64,000 nucleotides of DNA from Deltaproteobacteria bacterium (lineage in GTDB: Bacteria; Myxococcota; Myxococcia; SLRQ01): contig JARGFU010000014.1 of assembly GCA_029210625.1 (NCBI GenBank), positions 50,956 through 114,955 of the forward strand. The letters are read 5' to 3'. Positions 1 to 9,642 of the stretch are shown here, in pieces (within the stretch, counting starts at the first letter, position 1; the number at the start of each line of letters is the position of its first letter). The notes under the pieces are model-generated. The model made no database searches, had not been told where the DNA came from, and saw nothing but the letters and a program-made list of their open reading frames with translations. The position numbers and the translations under genes were made by a program.

Positions 1-3000
1 GGCATCGAGATCAACCTCTGGCAGACCAACGCCAAGGGGGCCTGGATCGACGTCGGCACCGTGACCTCTGGCGCCGCCGGCGCCTACACCTTCAACGGCC
101 TCTCCAACGGCGTCTACAAGGTGTCCGCCCGGGTGCCCAGCACCATCGGTGACACCGACACCCGCGCCCGGCGGATGGACAAGTGGTACGACGTGGCCGC
201 GCCGACCAACAACGGCTTCACGCTGTCGACGGCGGACGAGATCACCCTCACGCCGGCCTCTCCGAGCCGCTCCAGCGTCGTCATCCCGATGGCCAAGGGC
301 TGGGGCTTCGAGAGCGACATCGCCTTCGGCACCACCACCCTGGCCAACAAGTGGCTGCGGGCGGAGCTGCGCGGCGACTTCGAGCAGCACAACGAGACGG
401 TCTCGCGGAACAACGTGGGGGCGTTCGACACCGGCTGGCGCGGTGACTTCCACTTCCGCGGCCTCCAGCCGACCACGGCGAGCTTCGCCGCCGAGCACCG
501 GGTCATCACCTACGATCCGGCAGGCATCTACGAGCCGACCCTGGTCGTGACCCCGACCCTCGGCGGCTCCGCGAACTCCATCCTCGCCATCCCCCAGGTG
601 TCGGTGGCGCAGTTCTCCGCCGTCCCCGACCCGAACGAGCCCAACCAGGACCTCACCCTCGGCCAGTACACCGCGGTGAACGAGGCGACCATCCGGGCCG
701 GCAACGCCTGGACCAGCACCGGCGCCCTGATCATCCCGGGCGACGTCGACTGGTACTGCTGGTCGGCCCTGCCGGGCGAGCGCTACGTGATCACGACCTC
801 GACGGCGCAGTGGCTCGACCCGACCTCCGGCGCGTGCTGCACCGATCAGCTGGATGGCGAGCTGCGCTACAGCCCCTGGCTCGACCCGATGATCCGGCTC
901 TTCCGCAACGGCACCACGGTCGTGACCGAGGACGACGACTCCGCGGCGGCCGGCCCCCTCGACGCCATGATCGATACCGGTGAGATCGGCAGCAGCGCCG
1001 ACTACTGCATCATCGTCTCCACCTACGGCGACAGCACCTTCTCGGGCACGGGCCAGGGCACCTACGGGCGCTACGAGCTCGAGGTCGTGATGGGCAACCG
1101 CCGCCCCACGAGCAGCATCACCGACTCGATCGGCAACACCGTGAACGACGGCGACGGCCGCGCGGTCAACGAGGGTGGCACCTTCACCCTCAACATCCAG
1201 ACCACCGATCCCGACGGTGACACCCCGACCGTCGACGTGACCATCGTCGATGGCTCCGGCACCGACATGGGTGGCAGCTACAACCCCGCCAACGGCGCCT
1301 GGGTCTGGGTCGCCGGCCAGGGCGACGCCGGCTCCTACACGATCACCATCTCGGTGTGTGACGCCGAGGTCTGCACGACCACCGTCGTGAACCTCACCGT
1401 CAACGCGGTGAACATCATCCCCAGCACCCCGGTGCAGGTCGATCCGGCCGACGGCGCGATGGTCGCCACCGCGACCCCGACCCTGACCGTGGACAACGCG
1501 ATCGATCCCGACCCGGACACGATCACCTACGACTTCCAGCTCTACTACTACACCAATCCGGGCCCGACCCCGACGGTGACCCCCGATCAGGAGATCTCCG
1601 GCGTCACCGAGGGCGGCGGCGGGCAGACCAGCTGGGTCCCCGCGGGCATCCCCGAGAACACCCTCGTCTTCTGGCGGGTCCGGGCCTGGGACGGCTACGA
1701 CGCCAACAGCTACTCGCCCTGGTCGGGCTACTTCGACTTCTTCGTGAACGTCGTCAACGACCCGCCGGTCGCGCCGGTGCTCACCAAGCCCGCCGAGGGC
1801 GAGATCGTCGTCACCCGGTCCCCGACCATCGAGGTGAACAACACCACCGATCCCGAGGGTGATGCCATCGACATCTACTTCGAGGTCGCCACCGACGACA
1901 CCTTCGCGACCATCGTCCAGACCTCGCCGGCCGTGGCCCAGTCCGCCGTGGGCACCTTCACCGCCTGGGTGGACCCGGCCGTGCTCCTCGACTGGGGCAC
2001 CTCCTACGCCGCGCGGGCCTACGCGATGGACTCCAACGGTGCCCAGAGCGCCTACAGCAACACCAACCACTTCCGGTTGACCGACAACCAGCCTCCCTCG
2101 GCCGTCAGCCTCGAGTCGCCCTTCTCGGCGGCCGCCTGCGCCGACCTGGTGGTCGCGGTGACCCCGACCAGCATCACGGTGAGCAACTCGGTCGATCCCG
2201 AGGCCGAGGCCGTCACCCTCGATCTCGAGATCTACGACTTCGCCGCCACCCCGGGCGTCGATACCCCCGTGATCTCCGTGGTCGACTACCCGCAGGACGC
2301 CGCGGGCTCCGGCACGGTCATCCCGATCGACAGCACCCAGCTCGCCGAGGACTCCCACTATCGCGTCCGGGCGCGGGCCTCCGACGGCCTCGCGGACACC
2401 GCCTGGGCCGAGTGCGACATGTGGATCAACACCTCGAACAGCGCGCCGAGCGCCATCTCGATCCTGAGCCCGAGCTCCGGGACCTCCTTCCCGAGCGACA
2501 CCCAGTCGGTCACCGTCACCGTGCAGAACGCCAGCGACGCCGAGGGCGGGATGCCGGGCAGCAGCCTCTCCATCGTGCTCTGCGCCAGCGCCGACTCCGC
2601 CTTCGGTGACTGCGACAACTCCCCGACGAACTGGCAGGCCGAGCCCTCGATCGCCGATCCGGCCCAGACCACCGACATCTTGGTGACCCAGCTGGCCGAC
2701 GGCACCCTCCTCGGTCCGGACATGACCGTCTACGTCCAGGCCTGCGCCCTCGACGATCAGGACGAGTGCGGCCCCACCGACTCGACCGACTTCATCATCG
2801 AGGCGGGCATCGTCGACCTCTGCGCCAACGTGCAGTGCACCGCGCCGCAGACCTGTGACCCGGCGACCGGCAACTGCGTCAGCGGCGGCACCGACGGCGG
2901 CACCACCGACGGCGGCGGCACCGCCGACGGCGGCGGCACCGCCGACGGCGGCGGCGGCGGCGGTGAGGGCACCGGCTGCTGCGGTGGCGACACCGCTCAC

Positions 3001-3075
3001 GGCGGCCGCTCCGGCCTCGCCCTGGCGGCCATCTTCGGCCTGCTGGCCCTCTGGACCACGCGGCGCCGTAGCTAG
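1..3075 (+). CDS. Secreted multidomain surface protein with a C-terminal MYXO-CTERM tag; 5' end lies outside the window
   Basis: Frame 1 is open from nt 1 (GIEINLWQTNAKGAWIDVGT...) into the listed ORF 61..3075. It has a GDVDWYCW...YELEV module resembling a pre-peptidase C-terminal domain. It has four ~120-aa repeats, each with PT(L/I)xVxNxxDP(D/E). The tail is Gly/Thr/Asp-rich and ends in a sorting tag. Confidence 0.85.
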   Translation, partial: GIEINLWQTNAKGAWIDVGTVTSGAAGAYTFNGLSNGVYKVSARVPSTIGDTDTRARRMDKWYDVAAPTNNGFTLSTADEITLTPASPSRSSVVIPMAKGWGFESDIAFGTTTLANKWLRAELRGDFEQHNETVSRNNVGAFDTGWRGDFHFRGLQPTTASFAAEHRVITYDPAGIYEPTLVVTPTLGGSANSILAIPQVSVAQFSAVPDPNEPNQDLTLGQYTAVNEATIRAGNAWTSTGALIIPGDVDWYCWSALPGERYVITTSTAQWLDPTSGACCTDQLDGELRYSPWLDPMIRLFRNGTTVVTEDDDSAAAGPLDAMIDTGEIGSSADYCIIVSTYGDSTFSGTGQGTYGRYELEVVMGNRRPTSSITDSIGNTVNDGDGRAVNEGGTFTLNIQTTDPDGDTPTVDVTIVDGSGTDMGGSYNPANGAWVWVAGQGDAGSYTITISVCDAEVCTTTVVNLTVNAVNIIPSTPVQVDPADGAMVATATPTLTVDNAIDPDPDTITYDFQLYYYTNPGPTPTVTPDQEISGVTEGGGGQTSWVPAGIPENTLVFWRVRAWDGYDANSYSPWSGYFDFFVNVVNDPPVAPVLTKPAEGEIVVTRSPTIEVNNTTDPEGDAIDIYFEVATDDTFATIVQTSPAVAQSAVGTFTAWVDPAVLLDWGTSYAARAYAMDSNGAQSAYSNTNHFRLTDNQPPSAVSLESPFSAAACADLVVAVTPTSITVSNSVDPEAEAVTLDLEIYDFAATPGVDTPVISVVDYPQDAAGSGTVIPIDSTQLAEDSHYRVRARASDGLADTAWAECDMWINTSNSAPSAISILSPSSGTSFPSDTQSVTVTVQNASDAEGGMPGSSLSIVLCASADSAFGDCDNSPTNWQAEPSIADPAQTTDILVTQLADGTLLGPDMTVYVQACALDDQDECGPTDSTDFIIEAGIVDLCANVQCTAPQTCDPATGNCVSGGTDGGTTDGGGTADGGGTADGGGGGGEGTGCCGGDTAHGGRSGLALAAIFGLLALWTTRRRS
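2968..3072 (+). other. MYXO-CTERM-type C-terminal sorting signal
   Basis: GTGCCGGDTAHGGRSGLALAAIFGLLALWTTRRRS: a Gly/Cys motif, a hydrophobic helix and an Arg cluster at the extreme C-terminus. This matches my recollection of the MYXO-CTERM (TIGR03901) architecture. Confidence 0.7.
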
Positions 3076-3100
3076 TCGCTAGCTTCGAATAGCGCATCGA

Positions 3101-3142
3101 GCGCCGTGCTCACCGCGAGGTGGGCACGGCGTTCGTGTTTTT
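3101..3142 (+). terminator. Rho-independent terminator after the MYXO-CTERM gene
   Basis: A 13-bp stem (3102-3114 pairs with 3119-3131, one U.G pair) is closed by a GCGA (GNRA) tetraloop and followed by TTCGTGTTTTT. It starts 26 nt after the TAG at 3073-3075. Confidence 0.6.
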
Positions 3143-3180
3143 GGGGGAAAAAAAGCGCCGGAGGGCCTATAGATCACCGG

Positions 3181-4965
3181 GTGTCCCGGGCGCTCATCAA
3201 GGTCGGCTACGGCTGCAACGACCACTGCACCTTCTGCCACAGCCTCGAGGATCGCGGCCGGAACGACGACGGACGGCGGGTCGCAGCGAAGATCGACCGG
3301 GCCGCGGACCTGGGCCACTCCATGGCGGTCCTCTCCGGGGGTGAGCCCACCATCCGCCCGGAGCTGATGGCCTGGGCCCGCCACACCCGGAGGCGCGGCC
3401 TGGGCTTCGGGCTGGTCACCAACGGCCGGATGCTCGCCTACGGCGAGAAGGTCGAGGCCCTCCTGGCCGAGGGCCTGGGCTACGTCTACCTCTCCCTCCA
3501 CGGGGGGAGCGCCGCGATCCACGACGCCTGCGTCCGGGCCGAGGCCTTCGAGCAGAGCTACGGGGCCGCCCGGAACCTCGCCGGCCGGGGCCTGGACTTC
3601 ACCGTCAACTGCGTCGTCTGCAAGACCAACCTCGAGCACCTCGACGCCCTGGTCGACCTGCTCGCCCCCCTCGAGGGCGTCCGCCTCACCTTCTCCATGA
3701 CCGAGGCCAAGGGCGGCGCCGATCAGCTCTTCGACTCGGTGGTCCCCCGGGTGAGCGAGGTGGCCGCTGCGGTGGCCGCGGTCATCGCCAGGGGCCGGCA
3801 GGTCGCGCCAGGCCTGCCCCTCCTCCACGGGGGGATCCCCTTCTGTCTCCTCCCGGGGCTCGAGGATCGGCACAGCGACCTGCGCAGCCACGGCTTCGCC
3901 TCGATGTCCGAGGTCTGGGAGGACGACTTCTTCCCGGTGGACAACCGCAACACCGTCCAGCCGGCGCCCTGCCAGGGCTGCCGGCACCGGGGCGCCTGCC
4001 CGGGCCTCTACACCGCCTACCACCAGCGCCACGGAGACGGGGAGCTGCGGCCCGAGGAGGGGCCTCGCTCCAACGCCTTCCACTACGTGCCCCAGCGCGC
4101 CCTCGCCTGGCCTGAGGGGGCCCCCTGCCCGGTGCTGGAGGACGGCCCCTCCCCCTACGACCGGGGCCGGCACCTCCTGCTGCTGCGGGGGGAGTCGCTC
4201 ATCGCCCACCACACCCGCACCCGGGACTTCGCGGACCTCGAGCTCGAGGCGATCAAGGACGCCCTGGGGCAGGTCTACCTCGATCGCTCGACGAAGGACG
4301 CCCCCGACGACTTCGCGGCGGACCTCCAGGCCCTGGAGGAGCTGCCCGTCTGCGCCACCTGCCCGGTCACCGCGCGCTGCACCCACGCCTTCCGCGCCAT
4401 CGACGAGCCGGTCTTCGAGCGGGACGACGCGCGCCTGCGGGAGCGCCTGGGGTCACTGGAGGGCGAGATCCTCGACATCGGCTGCGGCGACGCCCGCTAC
4501 GGCGAGGTCTTCGCGAGCGGGGCCGCGGCCGGGCGCCTGCGCTACTGGGGGATCGATCCGGACGCCGCCCGGCTGGAGGAGCTCGCCCGCCGCTGGCCCT
4601 GGGCCACCCTCGAGGCGACCTCGGCCGAGGCCCTGGAGCTCGCCGAGGCCTCCCTCGATCACGTCCTGGTCCTGCGCGCCTTCAACCACCTGCGGGAACC
4701 CCGGGAGGTGCTCGCCCGCGCCGCCCGGGCCCTCAAGCCCGAGGGCTCCCTGCTGCTGGTCGACAACGTCGCCTTCGGGTTGGTACGCACCCACGAGCAG
4801 GCCGAGCGCGGCGAGCGCGGCGAGGCCGTCTTCGAGCACTATCGCAACGCGGACGATCGAGAGGCCCTCGCCCTCGCCGAGGGGCTCCCCCTCCAGCTCG
4901 TCCACCAGGAGTCCATCTCGCCCGGAACCAGCAACCAGTGGGTGCTGCACTTCCGGCGCACCTGA
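3181..4965 (+). CDS. Radical SAM enzyme fused to a C-terminal class I SAM-dependent methyltransferase domain (rSAM paralog A)
   Basis: GYGCNDHCTFCHS (CX3CX2C); SGGEPT; VTNGRML; C-terminal PCQGCRHRGACPGLYTAYHQRHG; then ILDIGCGDARYG (methyltransferase motif I) and LKPEGSLLLVDN. The track start at 3106 (GTG) lies inside the terminator stem. The next in-frame start is GTG 3181, with GGAGGG 15 nt upstream, so the start is uncertain. Confidence 0.8.
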   Translation: MSRALIKVGYGCNDHCTFCHSLEDRGRNDDGRRVAAKIDRAADLGHSMAVLSGGEPTIRPELMAWARHTRRRGLGFGLVTNGRMLAYGEKVEALLAEGLGYVYLSLHGGSAAIHDACVRAEAFEQSYGAARNLAGRGLDFTVNCVVCKTNLEHLDALVDLLAPLEGVRLTFSMTEAKGGADQLFDSVVPRVSEVAAAVAAVIARGRQVAPGLPLLHGGIPFCLLPGLEDRHSDLRSHGFASMSEVWEDDFFPVDNRNTVQPAPCQGCRHRGACPGLYTAYHQRHGDGELRPEEGPRSNAFHYVPQRALAWPEGAPCPVLEDGPSPYDRGRHLLLLRGESLIAHHTRTRDFADLELEAIKDALGQVYLDRSTKDAPDDFAADLQALEELPVCATCPVTARCTHAFRAIDEPVFERDDARLRERLGSLEGEILDIGCGDARYGEVFASGAAAGRLRYWGIDPDAARLEELARRWPWATLEATSAEALELAEASLDHVLVLRAFNHLREPREVLARAARALKPEGSLLLVDNVAFGLVRTHEQAERGERGEAVFEHYRNADDREALALAEGLPLQLVHQESISPGTSNQWVLHFRRT

Positions 4966-5006
4966 GAGGCGCCGGAGCGCGAGACGAGGAGAGGAAGAGG
5001 GACACG

Positions 5007-6668
5007 ATGCAGGAAAGTGACGCCATCCTCCCGGGAGGGGGGAGCGAGGCCGACAAGATCGCCGAGAAGGAGTCCGCCGCCCACGAGAAGCGCCAGTGGG
5101 TCCGGCTGACCAGCTACTGCAACAACCGCTGCACCTTCTGCCTCGACTCGGCTGCGCACAACGGGACCTTCGTCTCCCGCCGGGAGGTGAGAAGGCAGAT
5201 CATGGACGGCCGCTCTCAGGGGGCCACCCGCCTGATCCTCTCCGGCGGCGAGCCGACCATCCACCCGAACTTCGTCGAGTTCGTGAAGCTCGGGCGGCAG
5301 CTCGGCTACACCAAGGTCCAGACCGTCACCAACGGGCGGCTCTTCTCCTATCCCAAGTTCCTCGCGGCCTGCCTGGACGCCGGCCTCTCCGAGATCACCT
5401 TCTCGGTCCACGGGCACACCGCCAAGGTCCACGACGCCCTCGTCGGGGTGCAGGGCGCCTACGAGGAGGAGCTCGAGGGTCTGGTGGCCGCCCTATCCGA
5501 CGGCCGCCCGATCGTGAACGTGGACGTCTGCCTCAACCGGGGCAACATCAAGGGGCTCCCCACCCTCCTCGACGAGATGATGGAGAAGGGCGTGCGGGAG
5601 TTCGACCTCCTGCACATCATCCCCTTCGGCCGGGCCTTCGATGAGGGCAAGACCGGCCTCTTCTACGACATCGACGAGGCCATGCCCTCCATCCAGTACG
5701 CCCTGGAGCTCTCCAAGCGCCCGGACGTCCACATCTGGTTCAACCGCTTCCCGCCGCCCTATCTCGAGGGCCACGAGGAGCTGATCCAGGATCCCTACAA
5801 GCTCGGCGACGAGGTGCGGGGTCGCCGGGAGGAGTACGACCGCTGGATCGACCAGGGTATCCCGATCTCCTGCCGGGCGCCGGAGCGCTGCTCCCGCTGC
5901 TACCTCGTGCAGCTCTGCGGCAGCCTGGAGGCCCACCTCGCCTCGCGGCAGGCCGACGACTTCGAGGTGCTGCAGGTGCAGGTGGCCGCCGACGGCGCCT
6001 TCTCTCCCCCGGGGGAGAGTAAGGCCGCCGAGCTCTGGATCCGCGCCGCGGATCTCGGCAGCGCCCGGAAGGCCGCCCGGGGCCTGCCGGGGGAGCGCCT
6101 GACCCTGGAGCTCGAGAGCTTCGCGGGACTGGCCGAGGCCCTGGCACCCGACGGAACGCTGGATGGGAGGCCCCTGCGGGCGGCCTACGTGGCCTCCGCC
6201 GGGGAGCTGGACGCGCTCCTGGCCCTGCCGGGCGAGTTCGAGGTGGGCGCGATCCTGGGCGCCGAGCTGGCTGCCCACCTGATGGAGCGCTGGCCGGAGC
6301 CCCCCGCCCGCCTGGTGCTGGCCGCCCGGGGCCGGGAGCGCCTGACGACCGAGAAGGAGCAGGGCGCCGACCTGAAGGCCTTCTTCGAGGCCTACGCGCC
6401 CGACACGAAGGTGCCGGTTGAGGGGGTGCCCGCCTGCCTGGTCGGCGACCCCGAGCGGATCCGGCCCCGGCGCCGGACCCTGACCACCGCCAGCCTCGAC
6501 GGCGCGGGCCGGACCGACATCTTCGCCTTCACCGGCCAGTACATCCTCGACGACTACCTCACCAAGAGCCACCGCTGCTCGGAGTGTCGTCTGAACGACG
6601 AATGCCCCGGTGCGCACATCAACTACGTGCGCGCCCGGGGCTATTCGCAGCTACAGCCCTTGAAGTGA
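5007..6668 (+). CDS. Radical SAM enzyme (rSAM paralog B) with a long C-terminal extension
   Basis: TSYCNNRCTFCLDS; SGGEPTIHP; VTNGRLFSY; an internal CRAPERCSRCYLVQLC; terminal HRCSECRLNDECPGAHINYVRARG. ATG 5007 is preceded by GAGGAGAGGAAGAGGG. The track start at 4938 would overlap the upstream gene. Confidence 0.8.
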   Translation: MQESDAILPGGGSEADKIAEKESAAHEKRQWVRLTSYCNNRCTFCLDSAAHNGTFVSRREVRRQIMDGRSQGATRLILSGGEPTIHPNFVEFVKLGRQLGYTKVQTVTNGRLFSYPKFLAACLDAGLSEITFSVHGHTAKVHDALVGVQGAYEEELEGLVAALSDGRPIVNVDVCLNRGNIKGLPTLLDEMMEKGVREFDLLHIIPFGRAFDEGKTGLFYDIDEAMPSIQYALELSKRPDVHIWFNRFPPPYLEGHEELIQDPYKLGDEVRGRREEYDRWIDQGIPISCRAPERCSRCYLVQLCGSLEAHLASRQADDFEVLQVQVAADGAFSPPGESKAAELWIRAADLGSARKAARGLPGERLTLELESFAGLAEALAPDGTLDGRPLRAAYVASAGELDALLALPGEFEVGAILGAELAAHLMERWPEPPARLVLAARGRERLTTEKEQGADLKAFFEAYAPDTKVPVEGVPACLVGDPERIRPRRRTLTTASLDGAGRTDIFAFTGQYILDDYLTKSHRCSECRLNDECPGAHINYVRARGYSQLQPLK

Positions 6669-6711
6669 GGCGCGAGGGGGCACCCGCGAGGGCCCCCCTC
6701 GGCAACAGGCC

Positions 6712-7572
6712 TCAATCCACGCGGATGTAGTAGTTGACGACGACCGTCTTCGGCCGGGTCTCCGCCTGACCGAAGTCGCCGGTGGCGGCGTTCTGCACCT
6801 TCTGCGGCGAGGAGGTGTTCTGCACGGCCGGATCGACCGTGCCACCCACCGGGCCGGCGTAGGACGCGACCGAGTGCGAGTGGGTGCGGAGCTGATCCGA
6901 CTGGTAGCCGCCGAGCGCGGTGTTCTCCTGGTAGATGTCCACGGCCGAGTTGATCACGTCGGGCCGCGCCGGCGCGCCCTTGTGACCCCGGAGGAAGACA
7001 CCCCGGAGGTCCGGGACGTTGGTGCTGCCGGTGAGGGCCGCGTAGCGGGTGCCCGCCGCGCTCTGGCCGTCGGCCAGCATCCAGCCGCCGCCGTGGACCG
7101 TGTTGAAGTCGGTCTCGTCCAGCACGCTGGCCACGATGTCGCCGATGCCGAGGCCGCCGCTGTTGGTCCGCAGGGAGTAGACGCCCGCGGAGACCTTCTG
7201 GAAGCCCAGGTCCGAGATCGACGTGCCGAGGTCGCCGCCGCGGCCGGCCACCCGGATCCACACCGGCTGAACGGCCGTCGCCAGGCGGGTACGGCAGGTC
7301 GGATCCGTCACCTCGAAGGTGAACTTGCCGGCCACCACGTCCACCGACTGCGAGGTGTTCGACCCGCAGATGTTGGAGGGGTTGGTGTCGGAGGTGACGA
7401 ACTCGACCACGAGGTCGTAGGTGCCGTCGTCGAGCGGAGCTCCGTTGACCCAGATCTCACCCTGGTAGATCAGGGGGATACCGTCGGGCATCTGGGCGGA
7501 GACGGGGCCGGCGGTCAGCGCCGCCAGCAGGGTGGCCGTGAGAAGAAGGCCATGGCGCATGTCGAACTTCAT
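6712..7572 (-). CDS. Secreted phage-tail-collar-domain protein (MdpB-like)
   Basis: Signal peptide MKFDMRHGLLLTATLLAALTAGPVSAQ. C-terminal ...GWMLADGQ...VPDLRGVFLRG...HSHS...ETRPKTVVVNYYIRVD is typical of the tail collar fold. ATG 7572 is preceded by GGAGGG and overlaps the upstream stop (ATGA). Confidence 0.7.
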   Translation of the reverse strand: MKFDMRHGLLLTATLLAALTAGPVSAQMPDGIPLIYQGEIWVNGAPLDDGTYDLVVEFVTSDTNPSNICGSNTSQSVDVVAGKFTFEVTDPTCRTRLATAVQPVWIRVAGRGGDLGTSISDLGFQKVSAGVYSLRTNSGGLGIGDIVASVLDETDFNTVHGGGWMLADGQSAAGTRYAALTGSTNVPDLRGVFLRGHKGAPARPDVINSAVDIYQENTALGGYQSDQLRTHSHSVASYAGPVGGTVDPAVQNTSSPQKVQNAATGDFGQAETRPKTVVVNYYIRVD

Positions 7573-8099
7573 TGGGTGATCCCTCCACAAACCTGAATTC
7601 CACTGCCGGCCACGGGAGCGCAGCCCGCTCCGATCCGGCTTTCCATGATTCGCTTTTCCCTGATGCCCAGGGGCGCAGTCCGCTTCATGCCACCGAGGTG
7701 GCCCATGAGGCGGATGCAGAGACACTCGCCGCCCAGGGGATCGTCACCCCCCGCACGGCAGCGCACCGACTCCGAGTCCGCACAGCCGCAGGTGCCGTGC
7801 AGGGCGGTCATGTCGGTCTGGCCCGGGTCACAGGGAGTCAAGGTCACGCCGCCGTCGGTGCCGTCGGGCACGCAGTTCCCCGTGGCGGGCTCGCATGTCT
7901 CGCCCGGGTTGCAGGTGACGTTCTCGCAGGGGTCGGTGCCGCCGTCGATCACCCCCGCGACGCAGATCCCGGCCTCACAGTGCTGATCGGCCGGGCAGGC
8001 GTCGTTGGCCCCGCAGGGGCGGCCGGAGGGCTTCTCCGAGATCATCAGAGAGCACGCTCCGAGGAAGAGCGGAAGCAAGAGCAGACTCGCACGGCGCAT
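7569..8099 (-). CDS. Cys-rich lipoprotein
   Basis: MRRASLLLLPLFLGAC lipobox; 18 Cys; module CENVTCNPGETCEPATGNCVPDGTDGG. The start shares 1 nt with the upstream stop. Confidence 0.65.
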   Translation of the reverse strand: MRRASLLLLPLFLGACSLMISEKPSGRPCGANDACPADQHCEAGICVAGVIDGGTDPCENVTCNPGETCEPATGNCVPDGTDGGVTLTPCDPGQTDMTALHGTCGCADSESVRCRAGGDDPLGGECLCIRLMGHLGGMKRTAPLGIREKRIMESRIGAGCAPVAGSGIQVCGGITQ

Positions 8100-9544
8100 C
8101 AGAAGGTCCCTCGCAAGACGACCACGCCCCCGCCCGGGATCGGCGCGGCGGACATGGAGAAGGCGTCTCTCTCGGCTGGCTCGCCCCCTCCCGAGGAGCC
8201 GCCACCCATGTCTCTAAGGAAGAGCCAGGTCGCGACCCCGACCCCCGCGGCGCCAACCACGTAGAAGATGTCGGCGGCCAGGGCCTGGCTCCGGGCCTGC
8301 TTCATGGCAGCCTCGTAGCCCGCGGTGTCGATCTGGGGGGTGTCGTGGGCCAGCTTCTCCTTGGACTTGGCCGAGAGCCCGAAGGCGATCCCGCCGACGA
8401 TGCCGGCGGCGCCCGCCACGCCCGGATAGACCCCGACCGGGATCTTGGAGATGAAGCCCTTGTCGTCCTTCATCGTCTTGATCGGCTCACCCTTCGGCCC
8501 GCGCGGCCGGTTGGTGGCGTGCAGCTTGTCGAGGAGGGCCTCGATGCTGCGCCCGGCGCCCGGGGCGGTCGGCTTGAGGGCCGAGTCCTCGTGGGCGAAG
8601 TAGTGGCCGTCGGCGCCGAAGCGCGCGAGGGAGACCTTGGGCGGACCGGAGTCGGAGGGCTGCAGCACGATGATGGTCGCCTGCTCGGCGCCCGCCCACT
8701 GGGCCAGGGCCCCACCGGCGTCGGGGAACCCGCCGGCCCGGAAGGCGCCCCGGATGCGCTCGAGCTTACCGAGGAGCTCCTTGCCCTTCGGGGCCTCCTT
8801 GAGCTTGTAGCGGGCGATCTGCCCCGCCGCCGCCAGCTGCTTCTCCTGGGCGAAGGCGTAGCCGGTGGCGAACACCGAGACGATGTGGTTGCCCGGAGAG
8901 AGCTTCGGCACCTCGAGGGGCGTGACGCCCGCGTAGCGGCCATCGACGAAGACCCGCGCCGGCACCGGCGCCACCTGGACCTCGAGGGCCGTGGGCGGGG
9001 CCATCTCGGCGCTGCGGCGGGCGTCCTCGACGTGGCTCTCGATGTCCGGGGTCAGGCGGCTGGAGTCGAAGGCGTAGTCCGGCCGGAGCGTGTGCAGATC
9101 GATCAGCTGGTTGCGCGCCTCCGGCACCCTCCCCGCGTAGAAGAGCGCGAGCGCCCGCGCGGCGTAGGCGTCGAGGAGACCGTCGAGGTAGACGGTCAGA
9201 TCCGCCTGCTCGAAGAGCTCGATCGCGGCTGCGAGGCGTCCGAGGGAGGCCTCGTAGTCCATCGCATCGTAGGCGTCGAGGCCGGCCTTGTACTCGGCCA
9301 GGGCCTTCTCGCCCTTCTCCTTCCGCAGGGCCACCTGATCACCGCGGGCGAACGCAGCGGCGTCGATGTAGACCAGGCGCTGGCTCCCCTCGGCCCAGGC
9401 GGCCACGTAGGCCTCGAGTGCGGCGGCTTCCCCTTGCAGGGAGCGATCGAGCGCAACGATGCCGAAGGTCTCTTTCGGCTGAGCCTCCGCTCTCGCCGAC
9501 AGTCCAACCACCCCCAGCACCAAGATCGTCGTAAGTGCCCTCAT
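8099..9544 (-). CDS. PEGA-domain protein with signal peptide and C-terminal TM segments
   Basis: MRALTTILVLGVVGLSARAEA signal; PEGA-like VFVDGRYAGVTPLEVPKLSPGNHIVSVFATGY; TPR-like N-terminal half. Start moved to ATG 9544 (the track start is 9580). Confidence 0.65.
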   Translation of the reverse strand: MRALTTILVLGVVGLSARAEAQPKETFGIVALDRSLQGEAAALEAYVAAWAEGSQRLVYIDAAAFARGDQVALRKEKGEKALAEYKAGLDAYDAMDYEASLGRLAAAIELFEQADLTVYLDGLLDAYAARALALFYAGRVPEARNQLIDLHTLRPDYAFDSSRLTPDIESHVEDARRSAEMAPPTALEVQVAPVPARVFVDGRYAGVTPLEVPKLSPGNHIVSVFATGYAFAQEKQLAAAGQIARYKLKEAPKGKELLGKLERIRGAFRAGGFPDAGGALAQWAGAEQATIIVLQPSDSGPPKVSLARFGADGHYFAHEDSALKPTAPGAGRSIEALLDKLHATNRPRGPKGEPIKTMKDDKGFISKIPVGVYPGVAGAAGIVGGIAFGLSAKSKEKLAHDTPQIDTAGYEAAMKQARSQALAADIFYVVGAAGVGVATWLFLRDMGGGSSGGGEPAERDAFSMSAAPIPGGGVVVLRGTF

Positions 9545-9642
9545 GACCGGGCCACAATAGCAGAAAGCCGGGCGGCGCAAACCTTCGAACTCCGGGCGCT
9601 TTCACGCGCCGGGTGGATACCGGCCGCCCTGACCCCCCGAGA

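Noticed and set aside
4938-5006. The upstream start (4938) for radical-SAM paralog B.
   Set aside because: It would overlap the end of paralog A by 28 nt and add a low-complexity Arg/Ala/Gly N-terminus. ATG 5007 has a strong purine-rich RBS.
6712-7572. Tail-collar domain as evidence of a prophage or a tailocin.
   Set aside because: There are no other phage genes nearby (no capsid, tail tube, integrase or att-like repeats). The protein has a Sec signal and is translationally coupled to lipoprotein and PEGA genes.
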